Below are positions 9,556 to 19,474 of a stretch of DNA of 60,399 nt, one piece after another. Where the stretch lies: contig CAYJJH010000001.1 of assembly GCA_964370495.1 (NCBI GenBank), positions 5,499 to 65,897 on the forward strand, written 5' to 3'. Source of the stretch: an uncultured Prevotella sp. (GTDB lineage: Bacteria > Bacillota > Clostridia > Christensenellales > UBA1242). The notes under the pieces are model-generated. The model had not been told where the DNA came from. It saw nothing but the letters and a program-made list of their open reading frames with translations, and did not search any database. Position 1 is the first letter of the stretch, and the number at the start of each line of letters is the position of its first letter. Both the position numbers and the translations under genes were made by a program.

Positions 9556-10454
9556 TGGACGATATATTATATAATTATCTTGTACATATTTGCGGAGAAG
9601 AAAATATTCTACTTAATGAGCCTCTCTCTAAATGGACGACCTTTCGCGTTGGGGGGCCTGCAAAATATTTCGTTACTGTAAAAGATAAAGAGATACTGGG
9701 AAAATTACTTTCCGCACTTAAATTTTTGGAACAAAAATATTTTATCTTGGGTATGGGAGCAAATGTTCTTGCCAGTGACAAAGGCTATGATGGCGTAATT
9801 ATTAAACTGGGGTTCAAAGAAATTACACATACAGATAATTTTATTTACGCAGACGCAGGTGCAAAATTAGGTGTTGTTGTAAATTATGCAAAAGACAATG
9901 GTATGTCGGGGTTAGAGTGGGCAACCGGAATACCCGCAACAATTGGTGGCGCCGTATATATGAATTGCGGTGCATATGGCAAACAAATGCAGGACGTAGT
10001 CGTAATGGTGGATATTATTCAAGATGGGGAACTTAGCACAATTTCAGTAAACGATATTAATTATGGATATAGACACTCTGTTTTCCAAGAGCAAGATATA
10101 ACAATCTTAGGCGCTTATTTAAGACTTGAAAAAGGCGATACCCAAACCATTCAAAATGCTATGCGTGAAATTATTGTTAAAAGAAGCACGCATCCAAAAC
10201 AACCAAGCGCAGGCAGTGTTTTCAAACGCCCAAAAGATGGATTTTATGTATCCAGAACTATTGATGAGTTAGGCTTAAAAAACTATACCGTGGGCGGAGC
10301 CAGAATAAGTGAAAAGCACGCGGGTTTTATTGTTAATGATGGCGGTGCAACCTGTGATGATATTTTAAATGTAATTTACAAGGTTCAAGACGAAATTGAA
10401 AAAGCTACGGGTGTTATGCTTGAAACCGAATTAATATTTTTAGGAGAGATATAA
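9555..10454 (+). CDS. murB: UDP-N-acetylenolpyruvoylglucosamine reductase
   Basis: TTFRVGGPAKYF, GMGANVL, GSVFKRP and HAGFIVN motifs. Confidence 0.9.
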   Translation: MDDILYNYLVHICGEENILLNEPLSKWTTFRVGGPAKYFVTVKDKEILGKLLSALKFLEQKYFILGMGANVLASDKGYDGVIIKLGFKEITHTDNFIYADAGAKLGVVVNYAKDNGMSGLEWATGIPATIGGAVYMNCGAYGKQMQDVVVMVDIIQDGELSTISVNDINYGYRHSVFQEQDITILGAYLRLEKGDTQTIQNAMREIIVKRSTHPKQPSAGSVFKRPKDGFYVSRTIDELGLKNYTVGGARISEKHAGFIVNDGGATCDDILNVIYKVQDEIEKATGVMLETELIFLGEI

Positions 10455-11090
10455 ATGGATAAATTACAAAAGTATAATGATCTGTTAGTTGAGAAAAATA
10501 AAGTTGTTAATATAACGGCACACAAAACAAAAGAAGACAGTTGGCACAAAAACATAGAAGATAGTCTTTTATTTTCAAAAGAGTTTGCAGAGCTTGGCAA
10601 AGTCAAGGTTCTTGATATTGGGTCGGGCGCCGGATTACCCGGAATGCCACTGGCTATTCAACATGAAAATTTAGATATTACAATGATTGACAGTGTGAAT
10701 AAAAAAGTACAATTCATTAATGAAGCAATATCCGAACTTGGCATAAAAAATGCCAGAGCAATTCATACCCGAATAGAAGATCTTAAAATTTTTGACTTTG
10801 ACATAGTAATATCAAAAGCGGTTGCCTCTTTGCCCATACTTATTGAATACGCTCTACCATTTTTAAAAATAGGCGGAAGGCTGTTAGCATTCAAGGGGCA
10901 AAACTATATGGAAGAAATTGCTTTATCAAAAAAAGCCCTATCATTACTTAATTGCGAAGTAGAGCGAACAGAATCCAAAATACTAGATGAAGAAATTACA
11001 AGATATCTTGTAGTTATAAAAAAACTCCGTGCTACCGACAAAAAGTATCCACGCAAAAAAAATTTGCCAAGAACAAGCCCTTTGGTATAA
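10455..11090 (+). CDS. rsmG: 16S rRNA (guanine527-N7)-methyltransferase
   Basis: VLDIGSGAGLPGMPLAI SAM-binding motif and GidB-like length. Confidence 0.9.
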   Translation: MDKLQKYNDLLVEKNKVVNITAHKTKEDSWHKNIEDSLLFSKEFAELGKVKVLDIGSGAGLPGMPLAIQHENLDITMIDSVNKKVQFINEAISELGIKNARAIHTRIEDLKIFDFDIVISKAVASLPILIEYALPFLKIGGRLLAFKGQNYMEEIALSKKALSLLNCEVERTESKILDEEITRYLVVIKKLRATDKKYPRKKNLPRTSPLV

Positions 11091-11120
11091 AATTAGTATA
11101 ATTATTGGGGGATAATCTTT

Positions 11121-12452
11121 TTGGACGAACTAGTTAAAATCTTAGAACCTGCATTTCCATATTTTACAAATATGGTATGGATTATTGTGGCCCTTTCTCT
11201 TATGGGACTTTTGCTTATTCTTTGGGTCTCTGGAACAATAAAAAAAATCAGTCATCAAAAAGCAATTGGAATTCCACTTATTGAAGAAATAATTCATGTT
11301 TGTAAAAAAGCCAGCTATATCCCAGAAGACAAAAGAGATTTTGAAGTAATAACATTATACAAAGAGTTTGCAAATAAAATAAGAAGCTCTATGTCTTTGT
11401 TCCCATTATATATAAAAAACAATGGTATCCGCGTAATGTCAAAAAGCGAATACGATTATGCAACAAGACAAAAACCTGTAAGCACTTTCTCATTTCTTAT
11501 ATTTCTATTAGCAATATTATATGGCGGCGTCTGCGTGCTAGCCAACCTTAACAACTTAACTGTAGGGCTGCTTGGAATTTTAACTATTCCAGCTGTGCAA
11601 ATTTTATTATCTATGTTTGTAGGCGTTTTAATAAAAGCTAAAAATTCTTATAGACTTAAAATGTTTGCTTTACTAAAAAACAATACATCTGATTTCTTAT
11701 TACTTGCAAAACCTTATATTCTAGTAGATGCTTATCCACATAAGTTTGGCAAGAAGCAAGGACCACTTTACAGACAAAACGGAGATTTAACAGAAGAGCA
11801 AGTTAATGACATCACAGAATTTTTAACTGCGCAACAAACACTTCTTTCTATGTTAAATAACCCAACAGAAACACCTGCACAAAATGAAACTGTCGTAGAT
11901 AATGAAATTACACAGATGCAGCCTGCTGCTCCTGTGCAAGAATACCAAGAGCCAGTTATTCAACAAGAACCAGCTAACGAAGAAGTTTCAACAGGTCCAA
12001 CAGCATTTGAAAGATTAAACGAACTAGCTGCTAAATCACCAAAACCCGCAGCTAAGCCAAGACCATTAAGAAAAAGACCTGTGGAAGTTGAACCCGTAGC
12101 CGAAACAGAGGTACCAGCACAAGAAGCAGAACAACCAGTAACAGAACAATCAAATCAAGTAGCTCAAGAAGAAGTTCAATCAATACCAGAGCCAGTTATC
12201 ACAGAAGCAGAACCAGTTAGAGAAACTGAAGAAGTTTCTATTGCAGATAATACCCAAGCAGAGGAAGCTCAATCAAATGAAATTAATGAAGAAGTAATTG
12301 CTCAACCTGTTCAAGCCGTAGTAGAAGAAGAGCAAGTGCCAGTTACAGAAATCAAAGAAAACACCCAAGAACCTCATGATGAATTTTCATTAGATGCAAT
12401 TGATCTTGCTCTTGATCAAGAACTTGAAAGTCGAAAGAAAAAACTTTCTTAA
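11121..12452 (+). CDS. membrane protein with acidic Pro/Glu/Gln-rich low-complexity C-terminal half
   Basis: TTG start with GGGGG 8 nt upstream. TM segments in the N-terminal half and EPV/QE-rich repeats from about residue 245. Confidence 0.55.
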   Translation: MDELVKILEPAFPYFTNMVWIIVALSLMGLLLILWVSGTIKKISHQKAIGIPLIEEIIHVCKKASYIPEDKRDFEVITLYKEFANKIRSSMSLFPLYIKNNGIRVMSKSEYDYATRQKPVSTFSFLIFLLAILYGGVCVLANLNNLTVGLLGILTIPAVQILLSMFVGVLIKAKNSYRLKMFALLKNNTSDFLLLAKPYILVDAYPHKFGKKQGPLYRQNGDLTEEQVNDITEFLTAQQTLLSMLNNPTETPAQNETVVDNEITQMQPAAPVQEYQEPVIQQEPANEEVSTGPTAFERLNELAAKSPKPAAKPRPLRKRPVEVEPVAETEVPAQEAEQPVTEQSNQVAQEEVQSIPEPVITEAEPVRETEEVSIADNTQAEEAQSNEINEEVIAQPVQAVVEEEQVPVTEIKENTQEPHDEFSLDAIDLALDQELESRKKKLS

Positions 12453-13568
12453 TTAGATTGCGACAAAATCAATATATATTGCATAGCCTTTATTTGGATC
12501 GTGACTCATCGCATGGGTTAGTGCGCCGACCAGATGTCCATCTTGAATTATTGGACTGCCACTCATACCGTGAATTATTCCACCTGTTCGATTAAGCAAT
12601 CTTTTATCAGTAATTCTTATTATCATTGATTTATCTGCTTTGTTTTCTTGGAATCTTGTTTTTAATATCTGGCAATCAAACTCCTCTATGGTTACACCAT
12701 CAAGACTTGTCCGAAGTATAGCCTTGCCGGGTTTAACATTATATCGCGATGCGATTGGCATAGTCGTTGTCATACTTTGAAGAATTTCACTGTTGGCTGT
12801 AAGACAGCCCGTAACACCGAATTTTGTACCTTTGGTAATATCGCCCTGGACCTGGGTATTATTTTGTATCGAGCTTTTAATAACGCCTGTTTTGCCTTTT
12901 TTCGTTTTCTCTATCCCAAAAGTATTTACCGACTTAATTTCACCACCTCTTAAATTAACAGAAGCGCCCGTATTAAAATCTCCCATTTGATGCCCCAGTG
13001 CAGAGAAGTTATTATTTTCCGGATTTACCAGGGTAATTATGCCAACGCCTTCCGTTGTATCTCTGATGCTTATGCTGGCAGGCTTGGGGATTTTTTTTGT
13101 TATTTCTTTATCTTTTCTTAAAAAAGTAATTTCGGCTTGTTCCTTATTTTTTGTTAGATTAAAAAAATCATTTATATCACTTACTTTATTATTGTCAATT
13201 TTTGTAACCACATCGCCACGCTTGATATTCTTATTATTATAATCTTGGGTCACCAAAACCCCATCTATGTCACCACATATCCCAATTGGCGTACCTCCAA
13301 CCAAGACTGTTTCAAATGGTAAAATATTAACAGCTACTTTTTTTATGGGAATAAATCCAAACAGTTTTAATGTTATATATTTTTTATCATCTAAATTATT
13401 ACTAACGGGCGAATCTATATCTTTGTTTGATATTTCCAAATATTCGCTTTCGGTCAATGATATTTCTTCCGGGTGTATTATAACCTTTACAATGGGTGCC
13501 AAGACAAAGTTTAATGCAAGTAAAATTACAATAAACAAAAAAGAGAACCTAATTATACTTAGCTTCAT
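12453..13568 (-). CDS. spoIVB: SpoIVB peptidase (S55 family)
   Basis: HGMSGSPIIQDGHLVGALTH catalytic-Ser motif, a PDZ-like region and an N-terminal signal anchor. Start set at MKLSIIRF (ATG 13568) rather than the longest ORF. Confidence 0.8.
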   Translation of the reverse strand: MKLSIIRFSFLFIVILLALNFVLAPIVKVIIHPEEISLTESEYLEISNKDIDSPVSNNLDDKKYITLKLFGFIPIKKVAVNILPFETVLVGGTPIGICGDIDGVLVTQDYNNKNIKRGDVVTKIDNNKVSDINDFFNLTKNKEQAEITFLRKDKEITKKIPKPASISIRDTTEGVGIITLVNPENNNFSALGHQMGDFNTGASVNLRGGEIKSVNTFGIEKTKKGKTGVIKSSIQNNTQVQGDITKGTKFGVTGCLTANSEILQSMTTTMPIASRYNVKPGKAILRTSLDGVTIEEFDCQILKTRFQENKADKSMIIRITDKRLLNRTGGIIHGMSGSPIIQDGHLVGALTHAMSHDPNKGYAIYIDFVAI

Positions 13569-13582
13569 ACTGCATTTATCAT

Positions 13583-14242
13583 TTGCAATTTTCATATAAA
13601 TTATTAAATATGGGGATGCAAGCCTTGCTTTGGGCAAAAGATAGTCTGCAAGTAAATTTCAAGATTCATAAAAAATTAATTTTATGGTTAAGTCTTTTTT
13701 TTGTAATTGGAATAATAATAGCTATTGTAACCGTATCAACACAGACTATTGACATTGACCAAATTAATATTTATTTCATAGACAACAACATTATTAATTC
13801 TGCCAGCATAAAAAAGAACTTTTTTTCTTTTATATGGCACAGAGTAAATTCTGTTCTATTACCGCTTACCATTATTTTTTTATTTGCATCGTTATCTATT
13901 CGTCTGGGACATGCCGCAAGCATAGCTTTTATTACAATGCATGGTTACTGGATAACGGTTTCTATTTGGTGGATATTTGTTTACTTTGAAATATCTGCTT
14001 GGCTACTTGGAATCTTTTATATTATATGGCTGTTAATTTTATCAATAATTTTTATTTTCAGTATTGTATGGTTGTTAAAAATAACTCAGCCAATATGCAG
14101 GATGGGTATAAAAAACGGGTGTGATTTTAATGAATTACTTAAAGGCGGACTTATAATTGTATTTTACTCTTTGATACTTGGGTTGCTAGAATATTTCACC
14201 TATTGGATTATTTTAGGTCGTATAGTGTATAAAAGCGTATAA
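13583..14242 (+). CDS. polytopic membrane protein, possibly SpoIIM-like
   Basis: About 5 TM helices and a size like SpoIIM, sitting next to spoIVB and a dac gene. No diagnostic motif; the start is uncertain (13583, 13610 or 13616). Confidence 0.35.
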   Translation: MQFSYKLLNMGMQALLWAKDSLQVNFKIHKKLILWLSLFFVIGIIIAIVTVSTQTIDIDQINIYFIDNNIINSASIKKNFFSFIWHRVNSVLLPLTIIFLFASLSIRLGHAASIAFITMHGYWITVSIWWIFVYFEISAWLLGIFYIIWLLILSIIFIFSIVWLLKITQPICRMGIKNGCDFNELLKGGLIIVFYSLILGLLEYFTYWIILGRIVYKSV

Positions 14243-14260
14243 ACTACAAAAAATATTATT

Positions 14261-15484
14261 ATGAAAAATAAGTTTTTAATTATGGCATTAACAACAGCAA
14301 GTCTGTTTTCTTTTATGGGCAACGCGCAACCCCCAGAAGAGCCAAATGAAATTACAAAAGAAAAGACTGTGCCTGTAATGGCGGAACCTATGCAAAATAA
14401 TGTTTCTTATGAAGATGCACCCAAGGTCACAGCAAAAGCAGGTTTTCTTCTTGAAGCCAATAGTGGTGAAGTTTTATTTGAACATAATGCAGATGACAGG
14501 TTGCCAATTGCATCTATGACAAAAATTGCTACACTGGGTGTTATATATGACGAAATATCCAAAGGCAATATAACAATGGATGACAAAGTTCTTGTAAGTC
14601 AAAATGCAGCATCAATGGGAGGCAGTCAAGCTTTCCTGGATGCTAACAGCGAATACACAGTAAAAGACTTGGTTCAATCTATTGTGGTTGCATCTGCGAA
14701 TGATTCTTGCGTAGCTATGGCAGAAAAGCTTTTCGGAACCACGGAAAAGTCTGTAGAGAAAATGAATGAGCTGGCTAAAAAAGTCGGGGCCACAAATACT
14801 AACTTTGTAAACCCAACCGGATTACCCGCGGTTGGCGCATATTCATCAGCCAGAGATATTGCAAAGATTTATGCCTATATAATGCAATCACCACATTATA
14901 ATGATTTTAACAGCGTGTGGATGTATGATCTAACACACCCAAGTGGCAGAGTAACAGGACTGACAAATACTAATAAATTGGTTAAATTCTTTGATGGTTG
15001 TATGGGTGGAAAAACGGGCTTCACAACCGAAGCAGGGCATTGCATAACAGTTACCGCTAAGAAAAACGATATCAACCCAATTGCAGTAATAATTGGTGCA
15101 GACAACAGCAAGACAAGATTTGCTGAAAGTTCTAATCTTATGAACTTTGCATTGAATGGTTTTGAAAACAAACTTATAGTAGACAAAACCTTGCCAATCA
15201 AAACATTAAAGGTTCGTGGAGCCGTGGATAATATAGCGGATTTATACCCAGCTGAAAATTTTTATAAACTTACAAAAAAAGGTAGCGACAGCAAAATCGT
15301 GGTTACAAGTGAAATTCCCGATAACGCAAAAGCACCAATTAAAGCATGTGATAGCATGGGCAAAATCTATATTATGCAAGAAGGTAAAGTTATAAAAGAA
15401 ATAGATGTAAAATCCACAAAAGACATAAACTCTGCTTCATATATTGAAACCATCAAAAAAATCATAAAAAATGCACAAATTTAA
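14261..15484 (+). CDS. D-alanyl-D-alanine carboxypeptidase (S11 PBP)
   Basis: Signal peptide, SxxK (SMTK), SxN (SAND) and KTG (GGKTGFT) motifs, and a C-terminal PBP5-like domain. Confidence 0.85.
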   Translation: MKNKFLIMALTTASLFSFMGNAQPPEEPNEITKEKTVPVMAEPMQNNVSYEDAPKVTAKAGFLLEANSGEVLFEHNADDRLPIASMTKIATLGVIYDEISKGNITMDDKVLVSQNAASMGGSQAFLDANSEYTVKDLVQSIVVASANDSCVAMAEKLFGTTEKSVEKMNELAKKVGATNTNFVNPTGLPAVGAYSSARDIAKIYAYIMQSPHYNDFNSVWMYDLTHPSGRVTGLTNTNKLVKFFDGCMGGKTGFTTEAGHCITVTAKKNDINPIAVIIGADNSKTRFAESSNLMNFALNGFENKLIVDKTLPIKTLKVRGAVDNIADLYPAENFYKLTKKGSDSKIVVTSEIPDNAKAPIKACDSMGKIYIMQEGKVIKEIDVKSTKDINSASYIETIKKIIKNAQI

Positions 15485-15537
15485 TTTATATTAAAACTTA
15501 TTTACAAAGATAATGTAAGCAATATGCCTGCGGTCTC

Positions 15538-15566
15538 TTTACAAGATAATACATATATTATATATT
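15538..15566 (+). promoter_or_regulatory. putative promoter of tRNA-Leu
   Basis: TTTACA, 17 nt, TATATT, ending 11 nt before the mature tRNA 5' end. Confidence 0.4.
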
Positions 15567-15577
15567 ATTACTGTCAA

Positions 15578-15662
15578 GCGACCGTGGCGAAATTGGCATA
15601 CGCTCAGCACTAAGGATGCTGTATCGCAAGATGTGGAGGTTCAAGTCCTCTCGGTCGCACCA
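15578..15662 (+). tRNA. tRNA-Leu, anticodon AAG (class II, long variable arm, encoded CCA)
   Basis: Hand fold: acceptor GCGACCG/CGGTCGC, D arm GCG-AAATTGGCATA-CGC, anticodon stem CAGCA/TGCTG, loop C-T-AAG-G-A, variable arm TATCGCAAGATGT and T arm GGAGG-TTCAAGT-CCTCT. Confidence 0.8.
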
Positions 15663-15700
15663 AAATAATTATTTTCAATTAAAGAAGCAACAGGAGGTCT

Positions 15701-16252
15701 ATGAAAAAAGGTGTTATTATTGCAGGCTTTGCTGGCATTGGGAAAACTTTTTGCGGAGCTCGTTATAGAAATTGCATAGACCTTGAAAGTTCTCCTTATA
15801 AATATATTTATGATAGGGGTTCTAGAATTCAAATTGAAAAAATGAAAGGTGCACCTAACAGAATACTTAACCCTGATTATCCCCAAAATTATATTAATGC
15901 AATTAAAGAAGCTGTTAGTAAATACGATGTGGTTTTTGTTCAACTTCAACCACTAGACATAAATCTTGAATATGACAAAAATCATTTAGACTATATTTGT
16001 ATATTTCCTAACCTTAATACAAAAACAAAATTAAGGAACATCTATCTTGATCGGGGAAATAATGATGCATTTGCAGATAAATGTATCGAGGCACTTAATA
16101 AGTTTTATGACATATGTAACGAAAGAGATTATAACGTAATTGAATTAGAAGAAGGAGAATTTATTGAAGACTATCTAAAAAATAGCAATCTTAATATTCC
16201 ACTTCTGCCATTAGATACAGAAAACTATAATTTTGAACCTAAACAATATTAA
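15701..16252 (+). CDS. hypothetical P-loop NTPase
   Basis: Walker A GFAGIGKT at the N-terminus. SD GGAGG upstream. Confidence 0.5.
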   Translation: MKKGVIIAGFAGIGKTFCGARYRNCIDLESSPYKYIYDRGSRIQIEKMKGAPNRILNPDYPQNYINAIKEAVSKYDVVFVQLQPLDINLEYDKNHLDYICIFPNLNTKTKLRNIYLDRGNNDAFADKCIEALNKFYDICNERDYNVIELEEGEFIEDYLKNSNLNIPLLPLDTENYNFEPKQY

Positions 16253-16257
16253 TAATA

Positions 16258-17058
16258 TTAGTTTTCCCAGATCTTTTTTCTGTGTTTTAATTGATAGATC
16301 ATATTATGCGTGGTATAGGTTTTGTCTTTTCTGTAACGCAGCTTTTCTAGATAATAGAAGCCTGTCATAACCGCAATCCCAATTACAATTAAGGATATAG
16401 AATAAACAACGTTTATTTCAAACCAGCCATATGTAAGTGTAAAGGCATCATTGTATAAGAATTCAAATGGAATACCTTTGGAATCAAATATATAAAAGTA
16501 ATTTATTCCTTGCCCTAATATGTTTCTGAAATATGGGTTAAGAATAAATACTGGTATTAATGTTACAGCCAAAGCGCCCAAAGATATCAAGAAACTTTTT
16601 TTATCAAATTTTACAATTTTGAATACAACCATATATAACGCACAAAGCACAATCAACAAATGACCCCAGAAATATGCTTGCGCTCTTATTTCCCAGAAAC
16701 TTCCGTAATTTGCCAAACTGTCAGCGACAACTAATGATGCAAACGCACCAATTAAATTAAGATTCCAAAGTACACAACCGGCAATTTTACTTCTGAATAC
16801 AAGTGCAATAAATCCCATAATGTTACCAAAATGGCAGACCTGTAATGGTATTATTTCTCCACTAAAACTGGTCATATTATTTGCTATATCAATATTTCTT
16901 ATAAGAAGAACCAATAATGATATACTTCCCAAAATAGCTCCTACAATGTATTTTGTTTTTTCTGATCTATTTCTTAATACAAAAAATAGAATTGTAATTA
17001 TTATCGCTGGTGACAAGATGTACAAATAATGTAACATACTCCACATTTCAAACTTCAT
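16258..17058 (-). CDS. integral membrane protein (YwaF/TMEM164-like?)
   Basis: About 7 TM helices. Start set at the ATG at 17058, preceded by an AGGGGG SD. Confidence 0.45.
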   Translation of the reverse strand: MKFEMWSMLHYLYILSPAIIITILFFVLRNRSEKTKYIVGAILGSISLLVLLIRNIDIANNMTSFSGEIIPLQVCHFGNIMGFIALVFRSKIAGCVLWNLNLIGAFASLVVADSLANYGSFWEIRAQAYFWGHLLIVLCALYMVVFKIVKFDKKSFLISLGALAVTLIPVFILNPYFRNILGQGINYFYIFDSKGIPFEFLYNDAFTLTYGWFEINVVYSISLIVIGIAVMTGFYYLEKLRYRKDKTYTTHNMIYQLKHRKKIWEN

Positions 17059-17197
17059 AATAATCCCCCTAATTACTGACAATGTAACAATTTTTTAATA
17101 ACCCTGTCAAAACCTTTACTGCTTCATTATATTTTAGCTGTTTGCTTAAAGAATATTTTTATGCTACTTTTTCTATAAGTTATATAGGAGAAAAAAT

Positions 17198-17698
17198 ATG
17201 AATGCAATTTTCACAAGAAGAAGCGTAAGAAGATTTTTAGATAAAGAAGTGGAAAGTGAGAAAATCACAAAACTGCTTCAAGCAGGGATGCAGGCACCAT
17301 CTGCAAAAAACCAACAACCTTGGGAATTTGTAGTAGTGCAAAACAAAGAGAAACTAACAGAGCTTTCAAAGTTCAGTAGGTATTCCAGCTGCTTGGAAGG
17401 AGCCGCAGTAGGGATTGTGGTTCTTGCAAATAAAGACAGAATGACAATGCCAGAATATTGGCAACAAGATCTTGGCGCAGTTACACAAAATATTCAATTG
17501 CAAGCTGTTGAACTTGGCCTTGGGTCGGTGTGGTTTGGAACCGCACCAAGCGAAGAGAAAATGCAAACTGTAAGAAATATATGTGAATTGGGTGAAAATC
17601 TTTTGCCATACAGCGTGCTAGCCGTGGGCTATCCACTGGACGAAAATGCAAATCGTTTTATTGATAGATTTGATGAAAGCCGTATAAAGTATATCTAA
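17198..17698 (+). CDS. nitroreductase family protein
   Basis: FTRRSVRRF..PSAKNQQPWEFVVV motif. Confidence 0.85.
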   Translation: MNAIFTRRSVRRFLDKEVESEKITKLLQAGMQAPSAKNQQPWEFVVVQNKEKLTELSKFSRYSSCLEGAAVGIVVLANKDRMTMPEYWQQDLGAVTQNIQLQAVELGLGSVWFGTAPSEEKMQTVRNICELGENLLPYSVLAVGYPLDENANRFIDRFDESRIKYI

Positions 17699-17755
17699 AT
17701 AAAATTATTTATGTTATAATTCATTTATTAAAACAACAAGGAGTAAAAATATAAA

Positions 17756-19012
17756 ATGGATCCCGCTCAGATAGGATTATTAATAACACTTATTATATTA
17801 GTCATAATGAGTTCATACTTTAGTAGCACGGAAACAGCATTTTCCGTGGTAAACAGTGTAAGATTAAAGACACTTGCAAAAAAAGGAAATAAAAGCGCAG
17901 CCAAAGTTTTGAAGATGCTTGAAAACTATGATGGTTTACTTAGTACAATTTTAATTGGTAACAATATTGTAAACATTGCATCGGCAACCATTGCCACTGT
18001 ATTTTTTACAAACTTATTGGTATCCGGCGAACAATATGGAGCTATTGTTAGTACAGTTGTAATGACCATTGTCGTTCTTATATTCGGGGAAGTAGTACCA
18101 AAAACAATTGCAAAACAACACAGCGAGTCCTTTGCATTGGCAACATGGCCAATATTAAAATTTTTTACAATCATATTATTTCCACTAGATATATTTCTTT
18201 TGCCTTTCAAAAAATTGGTAAACAAATTATTTAAAAACAAAAAAACAGTAACCGTAACAGAAGACGAGCTAAAAGCCTATGTTCAAACTGCAACAGAGGA
18301 AGGTGGAATAGAAGAACACGAAGGCAAGTTAATACATTCAGCCATAGAATTTGAGGATCGTTGTATCCGAGACATTATGTGTCCAAGGGTAAGCGTTGTG
18401 GGCGTAAATATAAATGATCCAGTTGAAACAATAACAAATAAATTTTTTGAGACAGGGTTTTCCAGACTGCCGATTTATTGTAATAATATTGATGACATTA
18501 TCGGTGTAATTCATCAAAAAGACTTTTATAAACTTATGGATAAAAATAAGTCCGATAACATAGACTTGTCCAGCATTGTTAAAGATGTAAGTTGCTTATC
18601 ACCAAGTATTACAATAAGTTCGTGCCTACGCGAAATGCAAAAAAATAAATCACATCTTGCAATTGTTGTTGATGAATTTGGCGGGACTAATGGCATTGTT
18701 ACATTAGAAGATATCATCGAAGAATTAGTGGGCGAGATTCTTGATGAGCACGACAAAGATGAAGTTCTTTTTAAACAAACAGGGGACAAGACCTATGCAG
18801 TAAGAGGTTCATGTAGTATTCAATATTTATTCAAGAAATTTAAATTTGATATGTCAGAAGATATTAACAGCACAACGGTAAGCGGCTTTCTTTCCGAGCA
18901 AACGGGCAAAATACCAAAAGTTGGAGAAATAATAAAATATAAAAATCTAGAATTTAAAATTGAAAACGCAACAAACAAATTTGTAACAGACATAACAATC
19001 AAGGTTTTATAA
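17756..19012 (+). CDS. hemolysin/CNNM family protein (DUF21-CBS pair-CorC_HlyC)
   Basis: N-terminal 4-TM DUF21 domain (SSTETAF), a CBS region and a C-terminal transporter-associated domain. Confidence 0.85.
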   Translation: MDPAQIGLLITLIILVIMSSYFSSTETAFSVVNSVRLKTLAKKGNKSAAKVLKMLENYDGLLSTILIGNNIVNIASATIATVFFTNLLVSGEQYGAIVSTVVMTIVVLIFGEVVPKTIAKQHSESFALATWPILKFFTIILFPLDIFLLPFKKLVNKLFKNKKTVTVTEDELKAYVQTATEEGGIEEHEGKLIHSAIEFEDRCIRDIMCPRVSVVGVNINDPVETITNKFFETGFSRLPIYCNNIDDIIGVIHQKDFYKLMDKNKSDNIDLSSIVKDVSCLSPSITISSCLREMQKNKSHLAIVVDEFGGTNGIVTLEDIIEELVGEILDEHDKDEVLFKQTGDKTYAVRGSCSIQYLFKKFKFDMSEDINSTTVSGFLSEQTGKIPKVGEIIKYKNLEFKIENATNKFVTDITIKVL

Positions 19013-19066
19013 CTTTGTGTTGCTATATTCAACATTGATATAGTATATAATTAAAGGGGTAATCAA

Positions 19067-19378
19067 ATGAAATACGAAGAAGAATTTAAGTCATTGCTAG
19101 AAACATGGGGAGAAGAATCTCAACATACTTTGGCAATAGAAGAGATGAGCGAATTAACAAAAGAACTTTGTAAATTGCAAAGATATAAAAATAGCGAAGA
19201 CAAAGAAAAAGTTTCAAAAATAAAAGAGAATATTATTGAAGAAATTGCAGACGTATTAATCGTTGTAAAGCAATTGGCCAGAATTTATGGCGAAGAGAAA
19301 GTCGATGAGATACGAGAGCAGAAAATAAAAAGAGCAATGGACGGAGTTGCAAAAATAAAAAACAAAAACCTAGGATAA
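19067..19378 (+). CDS. small MazG-like nucleotide pyrophosphohydrolase
   Basis: EEMSELTKEL and EEIADVLIV motifs typical of all-alpha NTP-PPases. Confidence 0.65.
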   Translation: MKYEEEFKSLLETWGEESQHTLAIEEMSELTKELCKLQRYKNSEDKEKVSKIKENIIEEIADVLIVVKQLARIYGEEKVDEIREQKIKRAMDGVAKIKNKNLG

Positions 19379-19395
19379 TTATCTTAGGTTTTTTA
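19365..19395 (+). terminator. rho-independent terminator
   Basis: CCTAGGATA/TATCTTAGG hairpin followed by TTTTTT. It overlaps the stop codon. Confidence 0.6.
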
Positions 19396-19410
19396 TTATA
19401 AAAAAAGCAT

Positions 19411-19453
19411 TTGATTAACCCCGTTAGACATGTTATATTGCTAACTAGGTTAA
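19411..19453 (+). promoter_or_regulatory. putative marR promoter with flanking inverted repeat (candidate MarR operator)
   Basis: TTGATT, 17 nt, TGtTATATT. Inverted repeat TTAACCccGTTAG (19415-19427) / CTAACtaGGTTAA (19441-19453) brackets the -10. Confidence 0.45.
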
Positions 19454-19474
19454 GTAATTAAAAGGGGTTATCTT

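Noticed and set aside
11732-11740. Perfect DnaA box TTATCCACA
   Set aside because: It is a single isolated copy inside a coding region, 29 kb from dnaA, with no cluster or adjacent AT-rich unwinding element. This is compatible with chance.
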